Source: an uncultured Spirochaetota bacterium (GTDB lineage: Bacteria; Spirochaetota; Spirochaetia; SZUA-6; Fen-1364). From it: 64,000 nt of DNA. The translations under genes were made by a program, and so were the position numbers. The notes under the pieces were generated by a model. The model worked only from the letters and a program-made list of their open reading frames with translations. It was not told where the DNA came from and did not search any database. Shown here in pieces: positions 12,509 through 22,686 of the stretch. How positions within the stretch are numbered: position 1 is the stretch's first letter; the number at the start of each line of letters is the position of its first letter. Location: contig CAVTHO010000008.1 of assembly GCA_963734545.1 (NCBI GenBank), positions 192,001 through 256,000 of the forward strand, read 5' to 3'.

Positions 12509-12702
12509 TGTAGTGCCCCCCGAAATCAAGCCACCGGGGATAGTACTTGAGTACAGTGCTCCCCTGACCGTGCGGCCTGCCACGACTACCGCCTGACGCA
12601 GGAGTTCATCACTCCGTACACGCCCGAGCAGAATGGCATCTGAATACAAGGCTCACCTATCGGAGTCTGTGGCTTGAAACATGGGAGGCTCGGAACTTTA
12701 CA
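12509..12702 (+). mobile_element. Internally deleted IS3-family remnant (MITE-like)
   Basis: Begins TGTAGTGCCCCCCGAAATCAAGCCACCG; contains in-frame AACHDYRLTQEFITPYTPEQNGI (IS3 integrase-core signature) at about 12572-12643; ends in degenerate GTGGCTTGA...TTACA. Confidence 0.65.
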
Positions 12703-12719
12703 CCAACTATGGAAATCAT

Positions 12720-12794
12720 TTGACAAATAGTCCTAAATATGGGATAATCTGTCTCAACAGTTTGTTATTTAGAACAAAACTTATATTTGTTGCA
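12720..12794 (+). promoter_or_regulatory. Sigma70-type promoter plus palindromic operator, copy 2
   Basis: TTGACA 12720, 17-bp spacer, TG-n-GATAAT 12743; 22-nt core GTTTGTTATTTAGAACAAAACT identical to copy 1. Confidence 0.7.
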
Positions 12795-12813
12795 AGATTC
12801 GGAGGAGCGAGGC

Positions 12814-13995
12814 ATGAAGGCATTCGATTTCAGCGTACCTACTAGGGTCTTCTTCGGAAATGGCGAGCTCAGGCGGCTCCAGGAGATTGCACCGACCACC
12901 GGCAAGAGAGCGATGCTACTTGCTGCCAAGCACACCATGAAGCAGACCGGTATCCTGGACAGGGCAGTAGAACTGCTCAAGAAGGGCGGCGTTGACGTCG
13001 TCGTCTCCGACAACGTTGATCCCAACCCCAAGGACGTGGACATCGACCGCCAAACCATGGTGTTCCTCACGAGCAAGTGCGACTTCGCAATAGGGCTCGG
13101 CGGGGGAAGCTCCATGGACTCCGCCAAGGCCGTGGCGTTCCTGGCTGCCCAGGGAGGCGGAACCATCCTGGACTACCTCGCCGGAGGACTCCACGCCACG
13201 TTGGAGGGAACGAAGCCGGCGTTCCCCATCATCTGCGTCACAACGACCGCGGGAACCGGCTCGGAGACGACCCCCTGGTGGGTGATCACGAACACGAAAT
13301 GGCACGAGAAACCGGGAACGGGCAACGACAGCACCATGGCGCGCTACGCCATCGTGGATCCCGAGCTCATGGTCTCCGTTCCCCAGGAGGTCACGCGCAG
13401 CACGGGCATCGACGTGCTCTTCCACGCCATTGAGGCGTTCATCGCCAATGTCGCCACGCCATTCACGGATCTCCTTGCCCGGGAAGCCATCACGCTCGTG
13501 GTGAAGAACCTCGGCAATGTGCTGGAAAACGGGCAGGACCTGGAGGCACGCGGTCGCATGGCTTGGGCCAACAGCATCGCCGGTATCGCCATCGGAGAAG
13601 GCAAGTCTTCCACAGTGGCAATCCACGCCCTGGGGCACAGCATCGGCGGTCAGACCGACGCCCCGCACGGTCTGACCATGGCCGCGGTGGGACCGGCCTA
13701 CATGGCAAAGACCTGGGACGCGGACATCGCCCGCTACGCCGAGGTCACCCGGCTGCTCGGGTATGCAAAGCCCGGGCTCTCGGACCAGGAGCTCGCCCGG
13801 AGGTCTCCAGAGGCGCTCGTCGCGGTACTGGAGAAGTTCGGCTGCCGCGTGCGTATGCGCGACCTGGGAGTCAAGGAGGAGATGCTCGGGGCCATGACCG
13901 ATTCCGCCTTCAAGACAATGAGCGGCTGCCTGAACTGCAGTCTGAAGCCGCTCAGCCGGGCGGACGTCGTGCAGATGTACAAGGATTCCCTGTAG
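12814..13995 (+). CDS. Iron-containing alcohol dehydrogenase
   Basis: FSVPTRVFFG, GLGGGSSMDSAKA, TTAGTGSE, metal ligands D..H(AIE), HALGH, PHG. Confidence 0.9.
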   Translation: MKAFDFSVPTRVFFGNGELRRLQEIAPTTGKRAMLLAAKHTMKQTGILDRAVELLKKGGVDVVVSDNVDPNPKDVDIDRQTMVFLTSKCDFAIGLGGGSSMDSAKAVAFLAAQGGGTILDYLAGGLHATLEGTKPAFPIICVTTTAGTGSETTPWWVITNTKWHEKPGTGNDSTMARYAIVDPELMVSVPQEVTRSTGIDVLFHAIEAFIANVATPFTDLLAREAITLVVKNLGNVLENGQDLEARGRMAWANSIAGIAIGEGKSSTVAIHALGHSIGGQTDAPHGLTMAAVGPAYMAKTWDADIARYAEVTRLLGYAKPGLSDQELARRSPEALVAVLEKFGCRVRMRDLGVKEEMLGAMTDSAFKTMSGCLNCSLKPLSRADVVQMYKDSL

Positions 13996-14008
13996 GGGAG
14001 GAGGCGAC

Positions 14009-15550
14009 GTGGAGACCTGCCTGGCGGGCATCGACATCGGGACCTCGGGTGCAAAGGGCATGGTGTTCGACCTGCAGGGGAACGCGCTCGGGACCGGCTA
14101 CCGCGAATACCCCTGCACCTACCCCCGGCCGGGCTGGGTCGAGCAGGACGCGGATCTCGTGGTGGAATCTACCATGCAGGCCATGTCGGAAGCCGTGCGG
14201 GCCAGCAACGTCCCCCCGGAGGCCATCGTGTCCCTGTCACTGTCCGCGCAGCGCTGCTGCGGGATCTTCCTGGACGCGAACGACCACCAGGTGCGCCCCA
14301 TGATTTCCTGGCAGGACAACCGTACCACCGCGGAAGTGAAGGAAATCGCCGCCCGGATCGATGAGGCGGAGCTCTACCGGCTCACGGGATATCCCAACAG
14401 CACGACGTGGCTCCTGTCCAAGATGATGTGGGTCCGCAGAAACGAGCCGGAAGTCTGGAACAGGACGCGCCGGGTCGTGCAGATGCACGACTATTTCGTG
14501 CGGGCGCTCGGCGCGGACGACTACGTGGTGGACTGGAACGACGCGGGCTATTTCGGCTTTTTTGACTCCGCGGCGGGGTGCTGGAACGCACGCTTGCTGC
14601 ACCTATTCGGCGTCGACGCCTCGCTGCTGCCGGTTCCGCGGCCGTCGGGAACGCCTGTGGCCCGGATCTCGTCGGCGGCTGCCTCGCGCATCGGCCTGCG
14701 GGCCGGAACACAGGTGAGCGTTGGCGCCGGGGACCAGAGCGCGGGCGCGGTCGGCGCCGGAATCGTTCGCGGGGGGCTGATTTCGGTTTCCATGGGGACG
14801 GCGGGGGCGGTGGCGGCGTTCCTGGACGCCCACATCCGCGACCCGGAGGGACGGATGATCGTCACGGCCCATCCGATCAAAGGGCATTGGCTCCTCGAGG
14901 GATACCAGGCGGCGGCGGCCAGCGTCTACCGCTGGTTCAAGGAGCGGTTCGGCGCGGAGGAAGCCCGCGATGCCGAGGCCGGTGGCCGCAGCTATTACGA
15001 ATACATGAACGACCGTGTCTCCGCGGTACCCGCCGGATCCCGCGGACTGCTTGTACTCCCCTATTTCGCGGCTGCCGGAACGCCCCGGTACAATCCCCTG
15101 GCCCGGGGAACGATTGTGGGGCTCACGTTCTCGCACACCCGGTTCGACATCGCCCGGGCGTTCATGGAAGGCATCACGCTGGACATGAAGGACATGATAG
15201 GCGCCATGGCACGAGCTGGACTCCAGGTGACGGAAGCCCGCCTCCTGGGCGGTCCCACGAAGTCCCGCGTGTGGAACCAGATCCAGGCTGATGTGTACGG
15301 CGTGCCCGTGACAACGCTGAAGGTCACGGACGCCACCGTGCTGGGCGCCGCCATCCTGGGGGGCGTGGGCGCCGCGGTCTTCTCCTCCATCGAGGAAGGA
15401 GCGGACGCGATGGTCCGGCTCGACGAGCGCTTCGAGCCCATCCCGGAGAACGTGCAGACCTACGCGCGGCTCTATGACGCGTACTGCCGTTGCTACGAGG
15501 GCCTCGACCGAAGCGGCGTGTACGCCGCGCTGGCCGACTTGCAGAAGTAG
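14009..15550 (+). CDS. FGGY-family carbohydrate kinase (xylulokinase-like)
   Basis: GIDIGTSGAK, PGWVEQD, ISWQDNR, GAGDQ, SMGT, LGGPTKSRVWNQI. Confidence 0.9.
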   Translation: METCLAGIDIGTSGAKGMVFDLQGNALGTGYREYPCTYPRPGWVEQDADLVVESTMQAMSEAVRASNVPPEAIVSLSLSAQRCCGIFLDANDHQVRPMISWQDNRTTAEVKEIAARIDEAELYRLTGYPNSTTWLLSKMMWVRRNEPEVWNRTRRVVQMHDYFVRALGADDYVVDWNDAGYFGFFDSAAGCWNARLLHLFGVDASLLPVPRPSGTPVARISSAAASRIGLRAGTQVSVGAGDQSAGAVGAGIVRGGLISVSMGTAGAVAAFLDAHIRDPEGRMIVTAHPIKGHWLLEGYQAAAASVYRWFKERFGAEEARDAEAGGRSYYEYMNDRVSAVPAGSRGLLVLPYFAAAGTPRYNPLARGTIVGLTFSHTRFDIARAFMEGITLDMKDMIGAMARAGLQVTEARLLGGPTKSRVWNQIQADVYGVPVTTLKVTDATVLGAAILGGVGAAVFSSIEEGADAMVRLDERFEPIPENVQTYARLYDAYCRCYEGLDRSGVYAALADLQK

Positions 15551-15596
15551 ACAACCGGCCTGTCAGGCCGGAGAGAGAATGAACAGGAGGAGAGAG

Positions 15597-15659
15597 ATGG
15601 TGAAGAAGATCCTCATGGCAGCGCTGGTTCTCGGCGTCCTCGCCACCGGCATCGCGTAG
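15597..15659 (+). pseudogene. Truncated secreted-protein gene (signal peptide only), probable binding-protein remnant
   Basis: Strong RBS AGGAGG then MVKKILMAALVLGVLATGIA-stop, immediately before a shift to AT-richer DNA. Confidence 0.5.
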
Positions 15660-15808
15660 AGGCGCCTCGCAAGTGTACACCTTTGCCGGTCAGGTGTCCG
15701 ACTGCTGCAAAGATCCTCAAAAGCAATGCTTTGGATATACTTCATTGCCCCTCGGCCCGATTCCTGCCCGCCGTTGGTCATTTCTATTGTATAACAGGAC
15801 GGTCTGTG

Positions 15809-16780
15809 ATGCTTAAGATTTTAGGACGATTCGATCAGCAGAAAATAGTACTTGTCAGTGTGATACTTGTGATAACCCTGGCAATGTCAATCTTGTCAGC
15901 CAAGTTTTTCAACATTGACAATTTCGTCAACATACTGCTTCAGATCGCTCCGCTGATCATTGTCGCTTCGGCGGCCAATCTTCTCATGATCACAGGGAAT
16001 TTTGATCTGTCGGTAGGAAGTGTATTCGCTTTCTGCGCGATTATGCACGCTTACATGACAAAGAACGTGCTGCCGATTGGATGGTCAATCCTGTTCTCCT
16101 GTGTCCTGGCTATTCTATGGGGAGCTTCAAACGGAATCATGGTTGGGATCCTGAACGTAAATCCCTTTATCGCCACAATGGGTTCCATGTACGCGGCGAG
16201 AGGTTTTGCCTATCTCATTGCCAGATGGGACGGCGGAGCGAACATATCGGCGGGGCTTCCGCCGGATTTCAGCGATTTCGGACGAACAAACGTTTTCGGC
16301 ATTGTTCCAATCATTATCATTTTCATGATAGTCGTAGTTGCAGTTTTCATATTCATTGAGAAGAAGACCGTCCTTGGAAGATACAGTTATTCTATCGGGT
16401 GCAATAAAAGCGCTTCAAAGCTTTCCGGGATAAATGTTCCACGTGTTTTGATCATCATATACATGATTGTCGGCTTGCTCGCCGGATTGTGCGGTGTCAT
16501 CCAGGTATCCCGCGTAGGATCGGCATATCCGAATATTGGCACCGGGATGGAATTTGATGTGCTTCTGGCAATATTCCTTGGCGGCACCAGTATGCTCGGT
16601 GGTGAAGGTTCTACATTTGGAATGATACTTGGAGCATTTATCGTTGGCCTGGTCGCGAACGGACTGAATCTGCTCAACGTACCGTATTTCTATCAGGAAG
16701 TAACAAAGGGAGCGCTTCTGATAATCGCCGTTCTTGCTGACCAGATGTTGAGAAGGCGGAAGCAACCGGGGGGTGCATGA
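15809..16780 (+). CDS. Sugar ABC permease, RbsC-like
   Basis: ITGNFDLSVGS, NPFIATMG, LGRYSYSIGCN, FLGGTSMLGGEGS. Confidence 0.9.
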   Translation: MLKILGRFDQQKIVLVSVILVITLAMSILSAKFFNIDNFVNILLQIAPLIIVASAANLLMITGNFDLSVGSVFAFCAIMHAYMTKNVLPIGWSILFSCVLAILWGASNGIMVGILNVNPFIATMGSMYAARGFAYLIARWDGGANISAGLPPDFSDFGRTNVFGIVPIIIIFMIVVVAVFIFIEKKTVLGRYSYSIGCNKSASKLSGINVPRVLIIIYMIVGLLAGLCGVIQVSRVGSAYPNIGTGMEFDVLLAIFLGGTSMLGGEGSTFGMILGAFIVGLVANGLNLLNVPYFYQEVTKGALLIIAVLADQMLRRRKQPGGA

Positions 16781-18308
16781 TGGAGAACGATGCCATATTG
16801 AGCATCAGGGGAATAGATAAGGAGTATCCAGGGGTTCATGCCCTGGATAATATTGATTTTGATATTTACAGGAACAGCATACATTGCATCATAGGCGAAA
16901 ACGGTTCGGGAAAATCGACATTCATAAAGATACTGACGGGAGTCGTTGCGAAAACCAGAGGCACCATATTGTTCAACGGCAAGCCGTTTGATCCAAAAAA
17001 TGTCAAAGACGCGAAAAGCCATGGCATTGTCGCCTTATACCAGGAACTGAATGTGGTGAATGATCTGACTGTCGAAGAGAATCTCACTCTTGGAAGGGAG
17101 AAGCATAGATTTGGCATGATCCAGAAGGATGACAGCCTTGATAGAATAGTTTCGATTCTCAAGGAACTCGATAAGACGATCAAGCTCAACATGACGGTAG
17201 GCGAGCTGAGCACCGCGCAAAAACAGATCATTGAAATTGTCAAGGCGGTTTCGATTGACTGCAAGGTACTGGTAATGGATGAGCCCACCGCTTCATTAAG
17301 CGAGGAAGAAACAAGCAAGATTTTTGAAGTGGTCAAGAAGCTGAAGGCCAGCGGGATGACCGTTATCTATATATCTCACAAGCTAAGCGAAGTATTTGAA
17401 ATAGGCGATTTTGTTACCGTGTTCAGAGACGGAAAAATCATCGCAACCAAAACTATTCAAGAAATCAACAAGGAATGCAAAGGCGATATTCCGATGCTTG
17501 TCTGGAACTGGTCAAAATGATGCTTGGAAGGGTCGTCATAGAATCCTACATACCAAGCAAGACCGACTATTCAGAAAAGATCCTGGAGGTCAAGAACCTG
17601 AATACTGATTTGCTAAAGAATGTAAATTTCGATCTTTTCAAGGGAGAAATTCTGGGATTCTACGGATTGGTGGGAGCTGGGAAAACCGAAGTGGCGCGTG
17701 TTCTTTTTGGAATCGATGTCTACTCCGGGGAAATACGTGTGAAAGGAAAGATAGCAAGACTCAATAGAGTAGGGGATGCTTTGAAAAATGGCATTGCCAT
17801 GATCCCCGAGGAAAGAAGAGAAGATGGGGTTTTTGGGAAACTTTCAATTAAAAACAACATTCCAATGATGAAAATCAAGTCGATTCTTAAGAATGGTATC
17901 ATCAGCAGGCAAAAAGAAAACAGAATTGCGGATGACTACATCAAGATGCTTTCAATCGCAGCCAGAGACAGGGAGCAGAAAGTCGCGTTCTTGAGCGGAG
18001 GAAATCAGCAAAAGGTTGTCATATCCAAGTGTCTGAACAGGGAAAGCGATGTGCTTCTGATGGATGAACCGACCAGAGGTATAGATGTCGGAGCGAAACT
18101 TGAAATTCATAACATAGCAAGAAATCTTGCGAATCAGGGCAAGGGCGTTATCGTATTTTCATCGGAACTGCCGGAAGTTCTTCATTTATGCGACAGAATC
18201 GTATTTATGAATAGCGGGAGAGTTTCAACCATTATCAAGAACGGGAATAATATGAATAACGACGATATTATGAAAATTATCGCAGATGGAGAGCAGAAAT
18301 ATGAATAG
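16777..18308 (+). CDS. Sugar ABC ATP-binding protein, RbsA-like (frameshift near 17490)
   Basis: GENGSGKST, MDEPT, GLVGAGKTE, LSGGNQQK, DEPTRGIDVGAK. Confidence 0.9.
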
Positions 18309-19289
18309 GAAAATAGATTTTGCAAAAATATCTAGAAATCCAATATCGATTATTGTTACATTTTTCATAGTAATCAACATATTTTTTATCATGACGGCAT
18401 ATGATAGTTTTTTTCAAATCTGATAACTATTTCAATGTGCTAAAGCAAACAGCGATGATTATTATCGTCGCTTCAGCAGCGACAATTCTTATGATGACGG
18501 GGAATTTTGACCTGTCTACAGGAAGCGTAGCGGCTTTTGCAGGTTGTGTCTACGCCTTGCTGATCAAAAACGGGATGCAACTGATTCCGGCAGGAATCTA
18601 TGCGGTTGTTGTTGGAATCGCCATCGGTATCATAAATGGAGCAATGGTTACGAAACTTAATTTCCCCCCTTTTATCGCTACGCTGTGTATGATGTACATT
18701 TCCAGGGGAATTGCTCTGATATTGGCGAATGGAGCAACTATACGCGACAATATGCCGCCGGAAATAGGCAATTTGGCAAGCAGAGACGTTTTTGGACTAC
18801 CGATATTTGTTATCTTCATAATCATTGCGCTGATCATCTTTGTTTTTATTGAAAAAAGGACCCTTCTTGGAAAATATGCGCTCGCTATCGGCGGAAATAA
18901 AAACGCGGCCTTCTTTTCCGGAATTAATACGGGAGCGATTATTCTTTGCCATCTATATCATTATTGGAGGGCTTGCCGGGTTTGCGGGAGTCATGTACGC
19001 GTCAAGACTAAGCGCCGGTGATCCGAGAGGCATGGTTGGTTTTGAATTTGATGTAATTCTCGCAATCATTCTTGGGGGCACAGGCCTTTCAGGCGGTAAA
19101 GGTTCCGTTATCGGTACTTGTTTTGGCGCCTTGGTTGTCGCAACCTTGGGAAATGGTCTGGATATGTTGAACATATTGACATTCTGGCAGAGCATTCTGA
19201 AAGGCATCATTTTCGTTCTGGCCATAGTTTTCAATGAGAAGATTCTAAAGAATATCGGCAAGAAAACCTTAGTTACAGCGAAAGCGTAG
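18301..19289 (+). CDS. Sugar ABC permease, RbsC-like (frameshifted)
   Basis: MTGNFDLSTGS, PPFIATL, LGKYALAIGGN, LGGTGLSGGKGS across ORFs 18401 and 18840. Confidence 0.85.
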
Positions 19290-19574
19290 AGGAAGGATTA
19301 GTCGGCCAGGTCAGGCAAAGAGAATTTGAATGTGGGGAATCAAGGTTGGGCAGGTGAGGCCTATTTGGAAGAGGATAGAAAAAATGGATTCTGGTTGCGA
19401 CAACAGGGCTTGTCCGCTTCAGCAGGCTGCGGTAATTGCTGAGCTCGGAGAAGTTGCTCGAGGTCAGGCATGCCTGCCACCCTCCGATGCCGGGGACGTC
19501 CGAGTCGTGAGGCAGGCGCTCCCCGGCTGTTCGATAAGGCGGCCCGCGGGAATGCCGTGCTCATTTGAGTGAGT

Positions 19575-19603
19575 CGGTGGCTTGATTTCAGGGGTGCACT
19601 ACA
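19575..19603 (-). repeat. IS3-type terminal inverted repeat matching 12509-12536
   Basis: Reverse complement TGTAGTGCACCCCTGAAATCAAGCCACCG vs TGTAGTGC-CCCCCGAAATCAAGCCACCG: one mismatch, one indel. Confidence 0.75.
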
Positions 19604-19625
19604 TGGTACAGTAAGGGACTATCAT

Positions 19626-20471
19626 ATGGACAAGCCTTCGTCGTCAACGCACGCCGGCAATACCGCCTACATCATCCCCAATCTCGACCGTGCACTGCGC
19701 ATCATGGAGCACCTGAGCACGCACCGGGAAGGCAGGTCGATCACGGAGATCGCCACGCAACTCTCTCTGCCGAAGAACAGCGTCTTCCGGATCGTGCGGA
19801 CGCTGGCGGCAAGCGGGTACCTCGACGAGCACGACAAGTCCTGGCGCCTCAGCCCCAAGATCCTCTCCCTCGGCTACACCGCCGTGCAGAGCACGAACCT
19901 CATCAGCGCGTGCATGGACGAGATGCGCATGCTGCGGGACGAGATCAATGAGACCATCTTCGTGGGCGCCTTGTCGGAAGGCAAGGTGGTCATTCTCGAG
20001 GAGCTCCCCTCCTTCCAGCTCGTCAAGTTCACCGTCGAGATCGGCCACAGGGTCCCCATCCATGCCTCGGCGCCCGGCAAGGCCATCCTGGCGCACCTGC
20101 CGCCCGCTGAACAGAAGGACCTTCTGGCGCACATTGCCTTCACCCGGTTCAACGACAGGACCATCCCCGGGACGAAAGCCATGCTGGCCGAGATCGAGAA
20201 GGTCCTGGGGCTGGGCTACGCGCTGGACCTCGGTGAGGAAGTGGCCGAAATCTGGTGCGCTGCCAGTCCCGTGCTCGACTACCGCGCGTATCCCGTCGCC
20301 TCCATCTGGCTCTCGGGCCCCGAGTTCCGCGTTGCCAAGATGGACCTGGCCCGTGTCGGGGCCCTCGTGCGGGAGCACGCGCTGCGCATCTCGAAGCAGT
20401 TCGGCTACGATCCGTCGGTTGCCCGGCAGCCAGGCGAGGGGAAGACGTCTGGCGATCCTGGTGCCTTGTAG
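19626..20471 (+). CDS. IclR-family transcriptional regulator
   Basis: PNLDRALRIMEHL, SITEIATQLSLPKNSVFRI HTH, PIHASAPGKAILA, GYALDLGE. Confidence 0.9.
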   Translation: MDKPSSSTHAGNTAYIIPNLDRALRIMEHLSTHREGRSITEIATQLSLPKNSVFRIVRTLAASGYLDEHDKSWRLSPKILSLGYTAVQSTNLISACMDEMRMLRDEINETIFVGALSEGKVVILEELPSFQLVKFTVEIGHRVPIHASAPGKAILAHLPPAEQKDLLAHIAFTRFNDRTIPGTKAMLAEIEKVLGLGYALDLGEEVAEIWCAASPVLDYRAYPVASIWLSGPEFRVAKMDLARVGALVREHALRISKQFGYDPSVARQPGEGKTSGDPGAL

Positions 20472-20487
20472 GGGAGGGGGTGCACGC

Positions 20488-21361
20488 ATGACCGAGATCA
20501 CGCGCATGGAAGCCCAGAACCAGTGCGGCGAATCACCCGATCTGGGACCCGCGGACCGCGACGCTGTCCTGGGTGGACACCGAGAGGCCGCTGCTCTGCG
20601 CGCTCTCCGACGGGAGCGCGCAGGCCGTGACGATGCCGACGAGCCGGCTCGTGCAGTCCATCGGCCTTCGCCGCTCGGGCGGCTGGGTGGCGGTGGTACG
20701 GGACGGGTTCGCGCTGCTGCAGGCCGACGGCACGGAAGCTCGCTTCCTTGGCAACCCCGTCGAGGGTCTTCCTCACATGACCATGAGCGACGGTACCGTG
20801 GGCCCGGACGGACGCTTCTACGCGGGATCGTTCAACGTGCAGGACCTCGACGCGGCCGACGGGTGCCTCTACCGCGTCGACCACGACGGCGCCGTGGCGA
20901 TAATCGAGACCGGCCTCGTCCTTCCCAACGGGATGGCGTTCAGCCCCGACGGGGGAACCCTGTACGTGACGGAGATGTGGGTCCGCCGCATCGTGGCCTA
21001 TGACTTCGATGCCCAGGCGGGGACCCTCTCGCGCCGCCGGCTGCTCGTGACCGTGCCCGAGTCCGAGGGATACCCCGACGGCCTCATCGTGGACGAGGAG
21101 GGCTGCCTGTGGAGCGGCCACTGGCAGGGGTTCCGGGTCACCCGCTACGACCCCGACGGCAGGAAGGTGCGCCACGTCGATGTTCCCGTGCCCACGGCCA
21201 CCTGCATGGCGTTCGGCGGCCCGGACCTCGACCGGCTCTACATCACGACGGCCAAGAAGGGCCTGACGCCGGAACAGCTCGCCGCGTATCCCTCCGCGGG
21301 CGACCTCTTCATGGTTCGCCCGGGTGTCCGCGGGCGCGCGGAGCACGAGTTCGCCGGTTAG
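20488..21361 (+). CDS. SMP-30/gluconolactonase-family protein (frameshift near 20540)
   Basis: GESP..W, DGTVGPDGRFY, PNGMAFSPDG, PDGLIVDEEG, FGGPDLDRLYITTA. Confidence 0.9.
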
Positions 21362-21448
21362 CGACGCTGGTGCAGCATCGGGCAGCGCGCGGCCGGCGTA
21401 ATCCTGATCGCGCTGTGACGGTCTTCGATGCGGTCGCGTGTTCGTCCG

Positions 21449-21664
21449 TGTCCAGGACTTCCCGTACCTTGGCCGACAACGGCTGGGCTATCTGCATTTC
21501 GACCTCAAGGAATACCGGGAAGCGCTCGCGTACTGGAGCGCATGCACAAGAAGGATCCCAAGAACGTCCGGGTGTTGACCTCCATTGGCAACTGCTATCG
21601 TAAGCTCAAGACGTATGAGAAGGGGATCCGTTCATCCGCTCTCGGCTCGAACATCGAGCTGTAA
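21449..21664 (+). pseudogene. Fragment of a TPR-repeat protein gene
   Basis: Broken frames give EYREALAYW..MHKKDPKNVRVLTSIGNCYRKLKTYEKG, a TPR-like helix pair; no start or RBS. Confidence 0.45.
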
Positions 21665-21685
21665 CGGGGCGCCCCGTCGTCCAGG

Positions 21686-22685
21686 CTACTGCCCCTCGGT
21701 TACCGGAAACAGCAGCTTCTGGTTCTCCGGCTGGAACATGTTGAGCCGCGAGATGTCGACCGAGCCCGTGTTGATGAATCGGGCGGGCTTCCGGCCGCGA
21801 ATGAGCTCCCGCGCCGTCGTGACTCCGAGATATCCCATGTTGAACGGCTTCTGCACGACGGTGTCGCGGATGATGCCCCGCTCCACGTAGTGCAGCACGA
21901 GCAGCGAATTGTCGAACCCGATGAGCGCGATGGACGCCGCCTTTCCCGGACTCGTCCAGCGCCCGGGCAGCCCCGCGAGCCGTGGGATCGTTCAGCGCCA
22001 CGATCCCGCGCAGGTGCGGCGTGCCGGCGATCAGCCGGGCAGCCTGCGCATACGCCAGCGTCGGCGTCCGCGTTGCTGTACAGCGTGTCGAGGAGCCTGA
22101 CCTTCCCGTCCAGGATGAGTCCCGTGCCCCCGATTCCCGGTCGATGGCGGTCGAGCTGCCCTTGACGTAGCTCATGATCGCCACCAGATCGCCCGGCCGG
22201 ACGTAGCGAAGGAGCGCCGCGGCGCATTTCTGGCCGCCCTCGTAGCTGTCCGTACCGATTCGGGCGTCGGCGTCATCCGAGCTGACAAAAGAGTCGATGC
22301 AGACAAGCGGGATCCCATGGCTCTTGACCTCCCGCGCCGTAGGGACGAGGAGGTTGAAGTCCGCCGCGGCCAGGACGATGGCGTCCGGCTTCTCGGGGAT
22401 TGCGTGTCTGCACGATTGCGATCTGGCCCTCGACATCGGTCTCCACGGCAGGCCCACGGATGGAGACCGTGATACCGAAGTCCTGGCCGGCGGACAAGAC
22501 CCCGTCCCTCACGTTGGCCCAGAACGGATTGGTGGGGAAGTCCACGGTCTTGAATATGACGATCAACCTTCCGCGTCGTCCCGGACGCCGGGCTGAGCAG
22601 ACCGGGCGCCGCGATACAGGACGGTGAGCGTCACAGCGCCAGCGACGGCCGCGGCCAGGAGAACGAGCACCGTGCGGCTTCTCAC
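21686..22685 (-). CDS. Sensor-associated sugar-binding protein, RbsB fold (frameshifted)
   Basis: GTG start with hydrophobic anchor VRSRTVLVLLAAAV; NPFWANVRDG, KPDAIVLAA, IGTDSYEGG, VVQKPFNMGY. Confidence 0.8.
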
Positions 22686-22686
22686 G

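Noticed and set aside
19330-19572. Short ORFs inside the right inverted repeat
   Set aside because: No RBS or family motif; no transposase signature seen.
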